Assembly: GCA_044892525.1 (NCBI GenBank)
Contig: CM097885.1
Location: 18,044,001 to 18,108,000, forward strand
Length of the DNA stretch: 64,000 nucleotides
Source: Schmidtea polychroa
Taxonomy: Eukaryota
Reading direction: 5' to 3'
This document shows, one piece after another, positions 35,301-51,065 of the stretch. The notes below the pieces were generated by a model, which made no database searches, had not been told where the DNA came from, and saw only the letters and a program-made list of their open reading frames with translations. The translations under genes were made by a program, and so were the position numbers. Position 1 is the first letter of the stretch; every line of letters begins with the position of its first letter.

Positions 35301-36467
35301 CCGCAATCAATAAAATAAAAAAAATTTTATCAGTGGTTTATCAAAATAAAAGCACCAGAAAATTCGAGTCACAATGGCTTCCAAAATTCAATATGCGCTC
35401 CCTAGAAATATTTAAAACCAACCAATTCTGTTATTGGGTTGAGCTAATTTTTGTTCCCGGGTCGATAATAAAATTTGCGGTTGTGTCTGATAAGTAGAAT
35501 GACTGACCAATCAGATTGAAATACATTCACCATTGGGATGAATTTTGAAGAAAATTGACACACACATACACGCAAGTGCACTCATTTATAGATACACACA
35601 AAGAACCCCGATTAATGTACAAGTACCGTGAACTACTTAATCGTAAAGACACACACACAGACAGACACACAAGCATGATTCCAACAAAATATAATTTAAT
35701 TTAAAAATTTTTTTGAAACAACTAAATAACTTTTTATGATTGCAATTTTTTTATGAATTAATTATTCAAATCAAACTTTATTTTCATCTCAGAGAATTAA
35801 AATTTTTATGAGAATTTACGTGGATAATAAAATTAAAACAACTTTTGAATGTTAAATGAATATGTAGACCACATAATTTAGCTAATTGAATGTCTTTAAT
35901 TTGGCCATTTTGCTTCAATTTCCACTTTTGTATAAAGAAATTATATTAAATCAATTTCACCTTTAATACTTTTTCAGTGTTCTGTACCTCAGAATACTCA
36001 AATGAAATACTGTACGACACCATTTTTGAGTAATTCACATTTTGCGATTAAATAGTTTCATTTATTTTTAATTACCTCCTAATGAAGATTTTTAAGTAAA
36101 ATAATTTTCACTATGTTTTCAATTTTTTTTAAAATAATAATCTAATTAAAATATTTAATATGAATTAATCATAAAACTTAAATTTTTGAAGAAGTTTATG
36201 TTTCACGTAGATCATCAATTCTTAACATTCCTCAATCATTGCTTCTAACTGCATAGCATTCTGGAACCATATATTCATATCTCTAATAAATTCATCATTT
36301 ATTCTGAGAGAGGTTTTAACTACAATAACCTTACCAGACTGTCTTTGGTCTACTCGACCATTTGAAAGATCCTGAAAATGTCTAATATCAGATAATATCT
36401 TTAACTGTGTTTCGGATCAGAATTAAATAACTGTATCCTGAAAAAAAAAGGATCAGATAATATCCTA

Positions 36468-36557
36468 AAAATCAATGCCAACAGTAGATACGAAAGCTGA
36501 CGTAAAACTATCACCAGCACAACGAAATAAAAATGAAGTTTTCCCAACTGAATTATT
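36468..36557 (-). pseudogene. Rab3-like exon fragment (copy B)
   Basis: Copy of 12875-12964. Confidence 0.8.
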
Positions 36558-37300
36558 TTTAGCATACATTGTTGAACGTCTGGAATAAAATTGGTGCGTG
36601 GTCCGCAAACGGTTAAATTGATTTCTTTCTTTTCTTCACAATGACTTGGTGAAACAGCTAAAAATTTACATCGATATAAATATTATATAACCAAATTCGG
36701 GTGCCATTACAAAATTACCTAAAACAATCGGTCGCCGATAGTTGACTAACAAAATATATGAGGCATAATCAAGTTAAATATTATTTAATAGTATATATTA
36801 CATAAAAGTTTTTATAATCTTGTAAATGAAACCAAAAAAAAAATATTTCTTGCCAAATATTGATTCGATTGATAACATTGATCACATTTGGATATTCAGT
36901 CATATTATTTTTACACAAAATATATAAACCTAAATTCAAGTTGCAAAATTAAAATTGAAATCATGTTTCACTACCATTCAAAATACTATCTTGATCAATG
37001 AACTCTTGGTAATATAAATAATATAAGCCTTGTTCGGTTCGGAACGAAATCAATTTTTCAACATCACTGATAAACTAATTACCAAAAACGGAACACGATT
37101 TTCCAATAATTAAAATTTTAAACATAATCAGAGTTTTGATCTTGCTTTCTTGATTTTGGAATCGTAATAATCTGATCAGAACTAAATAACTGTACTGTCA
37201 ATCTGAGGGAAATTTCAAATACATATGGGAAATGGCTCAACGAATCACACGAAGAGGATTTATTCGTGCTCACAATTTTTCATTGGACTATATTTGCAAA

Positions 37301-38522
37301 ATGATTTGTGGTAAATCTGAATTATGTATATTTGATAGACCATCGCCCCAGGCTGTAATAAAATTTGGGGCTTTTGAGGAAGTTTTTCCTATGAATTCAA
37401 TTACCGATAGTAGAAATGATATAGAGTTTTATATTAATGGTTCGCAAACTGAATATTTAGATTTGAACGATACTTTATTGACTGTTCAGATCAAGGTTGT
37501 AGATAAAGATAGAAAAGTTTTGGATGCCAATGCAGATGTAATACCGAACAATTTCCTGTTTCATACTCTTTTTAAATGCAGTGTTGGGATTTAATAATAT
37601 CAAGATTGAGGGTGGAAATAATACATTCATTCACAAGGCATTAATAGAAACTATTTTAAATTACAATTCCGATACTAAAAATACATGCCTTACTCCTATG
37701 GGTTATGCAGCAGCAGATGATGAAAGAAAAAAGTGGGTTAAAGGCTCAAAGGTTTTCACCATGTGCTCATCATTACAACTCGATTTTATGGATCAACCGA
37801 AATATTTACTACCGGGAGTTAATGTACATATTAGACTGAAAAGGTCTGATTCTGTATTATCTCTTACTAGTGCAAATGGTGCACCAATATGTCAATTAGT
37901 TGATGCAAAATTATTGGTGAGAAGAGTTAGAGTAGACCCCTTAGTATTAGCTGGTCATCAATTAGGTCTTAATTCAAAACATGCAATTTATCCATTAAAA
38001 ACAAAGGAAATTGTACAATTCGCTATTGCTAAAGGTGCTTCATCATTCTATAAAGAACAAATATTTGGTGACAGAAGAATGCCTAATTTTATTCTGATAA
38101 CATTTCAAAGTGAAGCACAATATAATGGATCATATATTGCGTCCAGCTCAATTTTCAAAAACTTTGGTGTTACATCATTGACTTTGTCGAAAAATACTGA
38201 TTATAGAGAAACATATATTCAAGATTTCGAAAATGACAATTACTGTGCGACATATATGCAGAGTATTGTTAGAAATCTGGGTTATTTAGATAAAAATTTG
38301 AATTGTGGAATAACTCTAGAAGAATTTAAAAGCAAATACCCATTTTTTACATTTGTTTCAGCCCCTGATTTTGATTTAAATCAGAGTCAATTACCTCAAA
38401 ATGGAAATTTACGACTGGATATAAAGTTTGCAAAAGCTATTACTGAACCAGTACATGTTACAATATATGGAGTATTTGAAAATGAAATTCAAATTACTGC
38501 AAATAGAACTGTGTTGGTATAA
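37301..38522 (+). pseudogene. Polinton major capsid protein, frameshifted (copy B)
   Basis: Copy of 13708-14929 with the same frameshift. Confidence 0.85.
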
Positions 38523-38549
38523 ATGTATATTGAAACACAAAAAGTTGTC

Positions 38550-38933
38550 ATGGAGTAAGTTTTTTTATACTGTTTAATTTATTAAAGTAGTTCTGTTCAG
38601 GTTAATCGAATTGGAAAACAAATATTGGGAAATGAATTTGTTGGAGTTTTTCCTCTTGATAAAATTCCATATTTGAGCAATAATCAAGCAATAATCGTCA
38701 ATACTCAATCGTCTCATCTTGGTGGAGAACATTGGATAGCTATATATATGAAACCTGGTAATATATTCGTGTTCGATCCTATGGGTTTTTATTACCCAGC
38801 TTTGTTGATATCAAAACTACAAACAATGGGGAAACCTATCGTGTATAATAAAACTATGTTTCAAAATCCATTGACCCAAACATGTGGTCAACATTGTTTA
38901 GCTTGGTTGTTGTATAAAAAATTTGATGTTTAA
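38550..38933 (+). CDS. Polinton adenain-like protease (copy B)
   Basis: Identical translation to copy A. Confidence 0.85.
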
Positions 38934-38969
38934 TAAATGTATCCTTTCCTTTGTTGTTGTGATTATTAA

Positions 38970-39006
<37 letters not shown>

Positions 39007-39060
39007 TTTTATTAAATTTATTATTATTATTATTAATATTATTATTAATATTATTATTAA

Positions 39061-39100
<40 letters not shown>

Positions 39101-39435
39101 TTCAAAAATATTATTATTTTAAATTAGGTTTATTATTATTTAGATAAATATTATTATCATTTTGTCATAAAGACATCACATGCATGGAGCATGCACAGTG
39201 CATGTTAACAAAGGCATGACTAACAAAGGCAGTCACATGAAATTTCAATGTGATTACCAATGCATGCATGCATGTGTAGATGTAATATGATTGGTTTCTA
39301 TGTGTGTGTGTCTAGATTCTCATTGGCTGGGACAGGAAAATATTCATTCTCTTTATAAACATTTACAAATCTAAAATTTGTCACAATTTTTTAAATATTT
39401 CAAATTCTAAATTTCAACTATTAAAATTTTTCATA

Positions 39436-39987
39436 ATGGCAAAGAATAACAACAACATATTAAGAAGTCTATTGACTAGTGGTAATTTTATTATTTATTT
39501 ATTTATTATATTTTATTCTTTATTTTTTAGATGTGTTCGATTGGTATCAAGTTACTGAGGACGAAAGAATTCTGAATGTGGATAAGATTTTTGGTAATTT
39601 TAATATTTTTACTGTTTATAAAATTAATTTTTCATTTAGATCCGATTTTTATTAGCGATGACGACGATGATGTCGTATTTATTGGGCAAACTAATGCCCC
39701 AGTTTCCTGTAAATTTTTCAATAAACAAAGTAAATTTATTTTATTTTAGTAAATTATTTTTAAAAAACATTTTAGAGTTAAATGTCGATTTGGATGCAGA
39801 TACCACAATTAATAATGATGAGGAAAACAATGTGGAAAATGCCCTCACTTTTATTGAGTAGAATAATGCCCTCACTTCTATTGAGGAGAATAATGCCTTC
39901 ACTTTTATTGAGAAGAATAATGCCCTCACTTCTATTGAGGAGGTAGCTGATAATGAATCTGATTCCGACATGGAATCACGATGTTAG
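39436..39987 (+). pseudogene. Spliced acidic SIM-like gene (copy B)
   Basis: Copy of 15849-16400. Confidence 0.5.
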
Positions 39988-40943
39988 TATTTATTTATTT
40001 TTATATATTTATTTTTATATATTTATTTTTTAAAAACCTTTTAAATTTCTTAAATACTTTTAAACATTTTCTTAAAAACTTATTTATAAAAACTTATTAT
40101 GAAAATGAAGAAAATATTATGATGAAATTGAAAATGTTATGATGACTAAAATGATGAAAATATTATGAGGAAGAAATGATGAAAATATTATGATGAAGAA
40201 AATGATGAAAATATTATGAAAATGTTTAAAAAGTTGCGATGTACTTTTTTTAATAAACTATGATTGTATATTTATTATCTATATTATTTCGATTAGTTTT
40301 TAAAAATCAAAATTTTAAAAGTGAAAAAAACCTGACAGTGACAGATTAATAACGTGGGTAAGAATAAAAAAATTAATTCGCTCGCCGTGAACAAACAACT
40401 TAAACTTCTGGTCACTGTAAGCAAAAATAAATCTTGACTATCATTATTTTAGAAAAATCAAATAAAAGTTAAAACTTCAAAAACTGCACTTTTTTCTTGA
40501 AAATTTGGAAAATATTGTGAAAACGGAAAGACGATAGATTTACATCATCCGGGTCATAGTTAACCAGGAGACGGGAGACTCTCGGTAAAAACGGGAGAGT
40601 TGGCAAGCCTAATATTAATAGTAAAATTGAAATTTCATAAAATTGAAAAGCTCATTAATTGAATTTTAATTAGGGTTCAAATTTTCCAAAAAAATATTCT
40701 TTTATATCAAAAAATGTACACAACATTTAAATTTCACTGACACGACTTTTTATTTAGTTTGAAATTCAAAATTCATTAATTTCTCAATTTAAAAATTTTT
40801 ATGTTCAATATTTTAAAATGTTTGAACTATTTTGACGTAAGTTGTTTTACGAACTCATTAAAATACTATATAACTTAGAAGTTGATCTACAATTTCAAAA
40901 TTTTGTATATCAAGGTCACGATTTTTATTGATTAATAAGAAAA

Positions 40944-42701
40944 ATGTCAATTATTTATCAATCGAAAATGCATCAAATGTGCCATATTGATCAAGAATTA
41001 AAAGATACAATAAAAAAAATTTCTTTTCCATTAATATTTGGTACAATTGGTTATGCGGGATATTGTTACTATCGTAGCAATCGTAACAATGCTCAGATTA
41101 AAGAAAAGCAAAAGGAATTAAGTCATAAGAAAAGTGAACTGTTGAAAAAACTAAAAGATCTTGGAACTCCAATAAATAATATGGATAAGATTACGAATTT
41201 GAAATTGAGTGATTTACATGAAGCTATTGAAAAAGGAGAATTTACATCACTTGATGTTCTTCAAGCATACCAAGCAAAAGCTCTAATAATGGATAAGGAA
41301 TATAATTTTATAACTGATTTGAATCCCAATGCAGAATTAGATATTTCTCGTGAATCAGTCGACAAGAAAATCATTAACATTCCAATAAGTGTGAAAGAAT
41401 GTTTTGTGTTGAAACATTGTGATTGCACTAATGGAATGCTAGATCAAGTTTCTAATCCAGCAAAGGAAGATGAGATTATAATTCAAATTTTGAAGTTACA
41501 CGGATTTATTCCATTTCTTAAAACCAATCTCAGTCAAGGTTGTCTTGCTATAGAATCTTCAAATCCTATCTATGGGGAAACGTTAAATCCATTCAATAAA
41601 GGTCGAACAAGTGGAGGCAGTTCAGGCGGAGAGGGAGCTATATTAGGATGTGGTGCATCGTTGATAGGATTAGGAAGTGACAGTGGAGGAAGTATTCGTA
41701 TTCCTTCTCATTATTGTGGGATATATGGATTCAAACCCAGTTCACCAAGGATTAGTAAACGCGATTCCAAATGTATGTTCCCATATCCAAATTTCGTTTG
41801 TGAATCCTATGGGCCAATGGCGCGTCATATTGATGATTTAGTTGCTGTTTATAAAATGATGACAAACAGAGATTCGTTTCAATTGGATCCATATTGCCCT
41901 CCTATATGCTTTAATACTAATGTTTTCGAAGACAAACGGCCATTAAAAATAGGTTATTATATTCATCTAGGGGGCAGTCAGGTGACTCCAGTCCCAGCTG
42001 TAGAACGGGCGGTTTTGATGGCAAAAAAGGCATTAGAATCAGCTGGACACAAATTGGTGGAATTCCAAATACCAGAGGTTGATTCTGTAGTATTGGAATT
42101 ATTTTTGAGAAGTCTATTAAATGACGGTGGTGAAGGTTTCAAAAAAGAATGTTTGAAAAATAATCCCGTTGATCACTGCATTAGAAATGTTGTTACAATA
42201 TTAAAAATACCAAATTTGCTTAAAAAATGTTTAAGTTTTCTACTTTATCCATTCGATAAGAGCTCGAGTATTTTATTGAATGCAACCATGGCGATACCTT
42301 CCGTTTATAAACTATGGCAATTTAAAGATAGGGTTATTGATTATCGCGAAAAGGTTTTAGTCCACTGGCAAAATGAGAAATTGGATGGTTTAATTTGTCC
42401 GACATTGCCAATATGTGCTCCACCATTACACAAATCTCAAGAGCTGGAAAGTGTTACTACATATACATCAATCTACAATTTACTGGATTATCCAGCGGGA
42501 TCTACACCTGTTACCACCGTAAATCAAAATGACATTGATAGCCTCCTGGCAAATTACCCAAGAGATAGTAAAATCCACCGTAAGATTCTGGAATATCAAA
42601 AGGATTCTATTGGTATGCCCATAGGAGTACAAAGCGTCTCAATGATGTGGCGAGAGGAGGTATGCCTTAGAATTATGAAAGACATCGCAACAAATATCTA
42701 A
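40944..42701 (+). CDS. FAAH: FAAH-like amidase (copy B)
   Basis: Identical 585-aa translation. Confidence 0.92.
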   Translation: MSIIYQSKMHQMCHIDQELKDTIKKISFPLIFGTIGYAGYCYYRSNRNNAQIKEKQKELSHKKSELLKKLKDLGTPINNMDKITNLKLSDLHEAIEKGEFTSLDVLQAYQAKALIMDKEYNFITDLNPNAELDISRESVDKKIINIPISVKECFVLKHCDCTNGMLDQVSNPAKEDEIIIQILKLHGFIPFLKTNLSQGCLAIESSNPIYGETLNPFNKGRTSGGSSGGEGAILGCGASLIGLGSDSGGSIRIPSHYCGIYGFKPSSPRISKRDSKCMFPYPNFVCESYGPMARHIDDLVAVYKMMTNRDSFQLDPYCPPICFNTNVFEDKRPLKIGYYIHLGGSQVTPVPAVERAVLMAKKALESAGHKLVEFQIPEVDSVVLELFLRSLLNDGGEGFKKECLKNNPVDHCIRNVVTILKIPNLLKKCLSFLLYPFDKSSSILLNATMAIPSVYKLWQFKDRVIDYREKVLVHWQNEKLDGLICPTLPICAPPLHKSQELESVTTYTSIYNLLDYPAGSTPVTTVNQNDIDSLLANYPRDSKIHRKILEYQKDSIGMPIGVQSVSMMWREEVCLRIMKDIATNI

Positions 42702-45369
42702 TGAAAATATTATTTTCCCAATTTTTAGTAATTATTTGAATTATGACTTCATTATTGTTGACTAGTGTGATAACAGTTATTATTAACCTATTATTTGTCT
42801 ATTTATGAAACCTTTAGTATCGTCTGATTTATGATATGAAATACGATGTAAATGTTGCAGTTTAAATTGGTTAGGTTAATTTTATTTTTTTATCAATGTA
42901 TGTTTTGTTTTAATCGGTCAATTTAATTGATTTTTTTATCGAAGTGCAAGGACATTTGGAAATGAGGTAATTATATTCCTTGAAACATTTAGTAATTCTT
43001 TTTAATAAATATTTCCACATCTATAAAATTGTAATTTAGTTTTTATTAATTCAATTTATGTATTTCATTTCTCCCCTTCGGCCTTATGGCTAGTATGTAT
43101 TATTAAAATAAAATTTGATTTTTTTTTACTAATCACTTCTCATAGGCCAATGTCATTCATGATTTACTACCTCGTAGTTTATAATGGTGACTGTGGGGCT
43201 AAAAATGTTTAGCGATTTTATTGTATGAAAGTGAATTCGTCTTTTGAAAATAACAAAATAAAATAAAAATTCGATTCAAAACTTTAATCGCATATTAAAC
43301 ATTCGGAGTTACATATACATAAACTAATGCAAATCCTTAGTTCTTTAAGCTAGCACAAATTCAGATAAATTTGGTCTACCCAAAATTTCAGCATCAAATT
43401 GTGACTGAAATGCGTCAGTATTTATAGTCTCATTTTGGTGAGTGAGTATGTCTCAGTGCACTGATTTAGTAAGACAAATTTGAATTATTTTAATTCTGAT
43501 TAATTTTCAATTATAATTTTATAAATTTTGATGGAAATTTTTTATACTTAATTGTTTATTTTATTTTCTGATCTTTATATTTTATTTAATTTTAATTAAT
43601 TGCGTCGCCATGATGGATATAGCCATTTTCTAGAATATTCGATGCTACTTTAATAATTTGATTATATAATTCCTATTTCTTTTAATTCTTACGTTATTTT
43701 ATTCTAGTTTGTGGTAATTTCATTTCTAAATTTTTATATTTTTACTTAACTTCAACTAACTTTTGGCGGCCATGATGGATTTCACCATTTTCATAGAATA
43801 TTCTAGCATTTCCTATCATTTCAAATATAATTTTGACTCCTAATTCACCTTTTAATAATAAATCTTTTCCGTTTTCATTCCTACTTTCTTTTATCGACAC
43901 TGTTTCACATTGGTTTACTTCTGTTGTGCCTATGTTATTTTGTATCTGTTGAGGTTCTCAAATCTCAACTTGATATTTTCTATATAAATAAGAACACAAA
44001 CACTGGTTCTATAAATTTATTTGATTATCACAATTACAAATTATATAATATAAAATTAACAATCACCTCAAAATTATCAGAATTTTTATATATATATGTA
44101 TATGCGTGTGTATGTGTATGTGTATGTGAATGCTTGCAGCTTCCTGAGCTCGGATGTGTAAAATAGGTATGCTCTAAATTACATTGCAATATTGATTTCT
44201 GAATTTGCAATTCTTCTTGGAAGCTTTTATTTTTTGGGTGCTTTGACTGACTAAGTCGACTTATATATAAAATCCCTGTTGACACTCTATTTCTAATGTC
44301 AATACTGATAAAGTTCTGATAAAATCGATAGAATTTCTGTTTTAAAAGTGCAGATTTTAATTGTTACTATTTTTGGAATTATCCCTTTGTCCAGCATCTT
44401 TAATGTATTTTTGTTTCTCATTGATATAAAACAATTAATCAATAAGTATTCCTAATAATTCAATAAAAGATTCAAACTATATGTTGATTTGAACAATGTC
44501 AAAATAATTTTCATTGTATTCGATTTTGTATGTCTTCATGATATTTTATTAAATAATCAAATAATTTTTGTAATTTATCATCAGATAAGGGGGTTGTTTT
44601 TAGCTGAAATTCTTAGTTTTTTCAAATTGGCATATGTACTAGAAATTTCTATTGTAATTTGTTTTGCGGCATTTGTAAAATTAGCTCTCTGTTCAATTAA
44701 CTGCTGACGCTAAGATTTAATTGAACTTTTATTTGGAATGAGACTCTTACTCTTTTCTGTCATATCGATGACTTGAGCTCCTTCATTGGCATCAACAACA
44801 ACAAACTATTAAAAGTGAAATTATTAATTTCGACATTTATTTGATATTTATTGACTTACAAAAATTTCAACACTAAATACACCCGTTTGCGAAATATAAC
44901 AGCCTATAATCTAAAAAAAAATCAATAAATATATATTATAGGAACACACAAACTTACCTGTGTGTAAAAATTTAATGCTGCGAAAGTTAACATATTTATT
45001 ATAGGAATCTAAAAAGTGAGAGAAAATCATTTAGCATACAAACACAGCACACATAATGAAAAATACATACAAAATTAATAAAGTGTTTTTTTCGCGAAAT
45101 TAACATTGATTAACATATAATTAACATATTAATATTTTCAAATTATTTAAAAAATTATGCACAAAAAAACTTTTCAATCAGTTTCCGACTGCTCTACCTT
45201 GAGCTTTAGAGAAAAAGAAGAAAATACATCATAAGATTTAATTATAAAATAATTTAGAATATAAAATTTCTTTAGATTTACAGATATTGAAGAATGTCCT
45301 TCGACATCTTTGAATTTGCAGGAAAAAAATCGCAAATCGTAGCACTGCTTCCATGCCAATAATAATCAC

Positions 45370-45417
<48 letters not shown>

Positions 45418-45450
45418 GTATAAAGTGATGATTTCTTGGTAGCAGCATTT

Positions 45451-48127
45451 ATTATTTAAAACAATAAAGTGATAATTTAAGCCTTTTGCTGCGAATAATG
45501 TATTAAATGAAAAAATTAGTCGTTGTCAATCTCCTGGAATTTAGCAATCTCCTTCCCGAAAATACATTTCTATCTTTCTTTTATTTCTTTTTTCTTAATT
45601 CTCATTGGGTATAAATATAATATAATGATATACTTTCTTTTTTTTTAAATTTATTATATTTTTTATATATTTTCAGTTATTCTCAAGGTCAATGACAACA
45701 GATCAAATTGATGATTTCATTGATTTCTTCTTTAGTGTTGATTTTTGGCCGTCTGTTTATGATGAGAATTGCTTCTTTGAATCTGACATTTTTCTTTTGG
45801 ATGTTTCCATTAACTATGATTTCGATTGAAATATTTTTCTTCCTCTCTGTTGGTTGACATTGTTGCAGATGTCTGTTTATCGAGGATGTTCACCAGGATC
45901 TAGATGTTCTTTAACTCTTTGGTGCAAGGTCCTGAGTGTACTTCCAATGTTGATTTCATTGCATACATTGCACGTGATGCAATAGACGATGTTTTTTCTA
46001 AAGCACATATCTTTTGGTGTCTGGGAGCTTTTCATTGTGCAATTGTTTTCTCTATTTATGTTACCTGCCAGAGCCCTTCTCGATGTCCAAGATTTATGTG
46101 CTATCCGAATTGGAAGACCGGTACGTTTAAGTTCTTTCAGGATCTTGAAATTTTATTTATTTATTAGAAAATTTAGAATTATTAGTGATGATGAAGCAAT
46201 TCATGATGATGATGATTTTTCAGCTATTCATGATGATGATGATGTTCTAGCAATTAATGAAGCAATTAATGATGATGATACAGAATCTTGCATTATAGAG
46301 AAACATACAAGGATGACAGCCGCATGTCACCAAACACCATCGAAATGAAGATCAACAAAGTATGAAAAGTCATAGCTTTGGAAATGAAGCTCAACAACAG
46401 AATAACCAGCACTTTCGTCACAAAATTTCTGATCTTCCCAACTTCTACCACCTAATTAAAACTCACAAAGAGGCTCCTGGTATCAGAATTAGACCTATAG
46501 TGTCCAACACAAATGGACCAACAACTAAAACAAGTTGGCTCCTTTCAAAGATCTTGAAACTTTTATTGGACACGATACCACCCCATCTTCAAAGCAGCGA
46601 CTGCCTCGTGACAAGATTAAATAATAACATAACTTCTCATAGAGAATTCAAATACTCATTCAGTCTTGATGCCGTATCACTATACACATCTATCGAACCA
46701 AAAGAGGCTATTCAATGTTTAGAAAATAAATTAAGAGAAAACAATTTGTTAATAAAGGAAATAAATATGGAGAATATCACCAAACTGCTTACTGTTATCC
46801 TCAAGAACACCTATTTTACCTTTGAGCAAAATATCTATAAACAAGTTAAAGGTCTGTCTTTGGGTTCTAGCATATCATGACTGCTAGCCATCATCTTTAT
46901 GGATAACCTCAAACTACAGACACGGATACTATACAACCCATCGGTTTCTATGCAAGATATGTTGATGATATCTTCATCACGACTAAAAGCAGAAAAGAAG
47001 CGGAGGAAATATTTCATACATTCAATACGGTTCACCGAGATATTAAGTTCGAAATCGAATATCCGGAATAAGATAGATCCCTCAATTTATTGGATTTTAG
47101 AAATAAAATAGAAGCAAATACTCCAACATACGGGTACTACAGAAAACCAGCTCGCAAAAAAATATTTATGCACCAAAGATCAGCGCTTCCATACTTACAG
47201 AAAGTACATGTCATAAGAAACGAGAAACGAATAATAACCAATAGATGCATTGAAGAAAACGAAAACTTAAAACAACAATCAAATTTCAATAAAAACCTAC
47301 ACAGAAACGGACACCAAGGTGAGGCATTGAAAGAATGAATTCTACCCCAAGAAGATCTAGGGAATTAACACAAAAGAATCAGAAATATTTCTATCTTAAT
47401 ATCCCATTCATCAGTGACATACTCGACTTCAAGATCCTGAAAGAACTTAAACGTACCGGTCTTCCAATTCGGATAGCACATAAATCTTGGACATTAGGAA
47501 AAGCTCTGGCAAAGAACATAAATAGAGAAAACAATTGCACAATATAAAACTCCCAGACACAGAAAGATATGTGCTTTAGAGAAAACATCGTCTATTGCAT
47601 CACGTGCAATGTATGCAATGAAATAAACATTGGAAGTACACTCAGGATCTTGCACCAAAGAGTTAAAGAACATCTAGATCCTGGTGGATCATCCTCGACA
47701 AACAGACATCTGCAACAATGTCAACCAACAGAGAGGAAGAAAAATATTTCAATCGAAATCATAGTTAATGAAAACATCCAAAAGAAAAATGTCAGATTCA
47801 AAGAAGCAATTCTCATCATAAACAGACGGCCAAAAATCAACACTAAAGAAGAAATCAATGAAATCATCAATTTGATCTGTTGTCATTGACCTTGAGAATA
47901 ACTGATAATATATAAAAAATATAATAAATTTAAAAAAAAAGAAAGTATATCATTATATTATATTTATACCCAATGAGAATTAAGAAAAAAGAAATAAAAG
48001 AAAGATAGAAATGTATTTTCGGGAAGGAGATTGCTAAATTCCAGGAGATTGACAACGACTAATTTTTTCATTTAATACATTATTCGCAGCAAAAGGCTTA
48101 AATTATCACTTTATTGTTTTAAATAAT
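45451..48127 (+). mobile_element. Penelope-like element with inverted pLTR (copy B)
   Basis: Copy of 21861-24537. Confidence 0.9.
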
Positions 48128-49604
48128 AATAATAATAATGATAATAATAATAATAATAATGACAATAATAACAACAATAATAACAACAATAATAACAACA
48201 ATAATAATAATTATTATTATTATAACAATAATAATTAAGAATAACAACTTAAAAAATAATAATAACACTCAGAAAATTTTAAATAAGAATATATTAGTAT
48301 TATTCATAACTTTAAATAAAATTGTAAATTGGTTTATTTTTTAATATAAGATTTCCCCAAGAACCGATAAATCAATAAAAATAAAATATATAATTCCAGC
48401 TTGATAACATAACTTAGTCACATTCAAATTGGTAATAATCACAATATAATAATGTTTATCCCATTAATCACATAGATACATGTATTTTTTTCTATTATGT
48501 AATATTTAAGTTTCAAAATCTTTCGTGTTCGTCCATCTTCTAACATAACTTAAGATTGCAAGGTTGTAATTTTTGATGGTTCATAAATTCCTTAGTTATG
48601 TAATAATTTTTAGTTATGAATCCCAAGGACATATATACTATCATAATTCAGTTTCTTAATTTTTCTACCCTTTCTTGAATTCTAACATAAATTATAAAGC
48701 GCAACTTCTACTTAATTTTTAACACACAGGTCAATAGAACTGTTTTTTTTGTTATTTTTATATTATAAATGGTTTTTAAACAGGGGTATAATAAATGTTT
48801 CTAAGGCGCAATTTTTCTTATTTAATTTATTTTACGTTAATATTTTAAGTGTGACATTGAATTTTATTAATATTACAAATTATATTTCATGCTTTTAATA
48901 AAATTATCTGTAAAAATATTTCTTAAAATTTCGTCAGAATAGAATTTTCTCTTGTTTTTAAAAATAAATTAAACTAAATTAAAATTTACTAAATTAAAAC
49001 TGGTTATTTCTTTATATATGTTGAAAATGTTAATATAGTTAACGAGGTAAAGATACATTTTCAATTTAAACCGCACGCAGAATTCTCTAAATAAAGAATA
49101 GCATTCACTCACATTTAGGAACATTTAACCAAAGAACTAAATCAAATAGCGGTCCTCATCCTCAATTAAAATCATAAAAATTCTTTTACTTTCATAAAGG
49201 AGTAAAATTAAATTAAATTAAAAAATTAAAGTTTATTGAAACAATTCGTTCTGATAATAATTTTTAATATATTTGATAACGATTCCTTCGCCTTAGAATA
49301 GCTTGATACCCTGCCTGTCTATAATAAATGAGAATGATTAAATTTAATAGAATTAATCTTATCTTAGATCCTTTCAACTCTAGCCCTTGAGATTTCAACG
49401 ATATCTTTTTCATGTCTGATTGGAAATTATGAAGCACAACGGGGTCAATAAAAATAGATAACAATATTAAGTTTATTAATTGATTAATTTAAATTAATTA
49501 GTAAGTTATTATTCCTCATTGGATCTATTATAAAACCTTAATAGAATATTCAAAATGAATATGCTTATTTCCCCATTGTGCTTCACCTTTCCTCCAAACT
49601 TGAA

Positions 49605-51065
49605 TCAGTTATTGTCCTCTGTCAAACAACTCTTGTCAAATATATAACTTTTCCTAAGTTTATATTTCTTCAATATTCCATTGTTGTAATAATATCTAGA
49701 AAGTAAATATGATTGAAATGGAAAAGGTAAACAAATGAAAACCTCAAATTTCTTGACATGGATTCGTAAGTCATAGTTTCATTGCCTTGAAATATTCCCC
49801 ATAAAGCGGCAATCTTTTTAGTATTTTTGATGATGAAAGATCCTTCTTGTTCGTCTATCCACGCGACTCCCATGTCATGTTGTCTTGCACATTTATCTTT
49901 TAGAACAAATAAGAAGAATTGCCACATTTCCATCCGACATGAAATGTTGTCACGAACGTTCTCAATAATTTCTATTTGTTTTCTTGTTAACTCAAAATAA
50001 AATTTCGATTTTTTCGGAATGGGTCTCAAACTGATGTCTTTTACTGATCTTGAAGGTTTTGAACATTTCCTGATGTCATTAGAGGAAGAGTCAGAAACTT
50101 TTTCATTATATCTATTATTTTGTAACTTAAGATTGGAAGGTTGTAATTTTTGATGATTTATCAATTCCTTAGTTATGTAAGAATCTGCAGTCATGAATCC
50201 CGAGGACATATATCCACTATCATAATTCAGTTTTGGTAATTTATAATTATTATCATTATTATTTTCATTTCCATCAAAATGGCAATTATCAAAACTTCTT
50301 TTTTTGTCAGTAGATAAAATCGAATTGTTTAATTCTTTCGGTTTGATTAGTCTATGAATTAGTTTTGGTTTTTTCTTCGTATGAATTTGATTTTGAATAT
50401 TTACAAAATCATTAGGAGCAGATTCATATACATAATTTTCAGTCATATAACCAGACATGTTATTTGCCATTGGTGTATATAAATGGGCGTTGGAATAATT
50501 TGGATAGTTACTGTTAGGTAGACTTATATATCCGGATGGGATTCCGAAAGGTTGGGGCATAAATTGTAGGTCATTGTTATTGTGACTGTTGAATAATTGA
50601 TGATTGTTGTTTATGTTCAATAAATTTTGATTCGAAATAAATTGGTTATTATTATTATTATTATAATCATTTTGCAATGAAGTATTATTGTTTATTCCAA
50701 ATGTCGATTCATATTGATTATAATTCTGATTGTAAGGATTATAAATAAAGTTATTAGACATTGATGGGGTCAATGGATCTTGAGGAAGAGATTGATTGAT
50801 TAATGGACTGAACTCTAAAATAACAATGAATAAAGTCAGTGAATTTTTTAAATATTACCAGGTAAATCTTTAATGATTTCATCGAATACTAAAGAAATTA
50901 GAACATATAATTTAAATGGTATACTTAATAAATTGCTTACGCTCATTGTCGGGCAAAAAGCTATCAGATTGATCTAAATTTAAATAAATTAAATAAAGTT
51001 AATTAAAATATTTAATAATTACCTTTAAAAATCTCGTCGAACCAAGCTTGATCATCCTGGTTCAT
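49605..51065 (-). CDS. ETS transcription factor (copy 2)
   Basis: Identical main-exon translation at offset 23590. Confidence 0.9.
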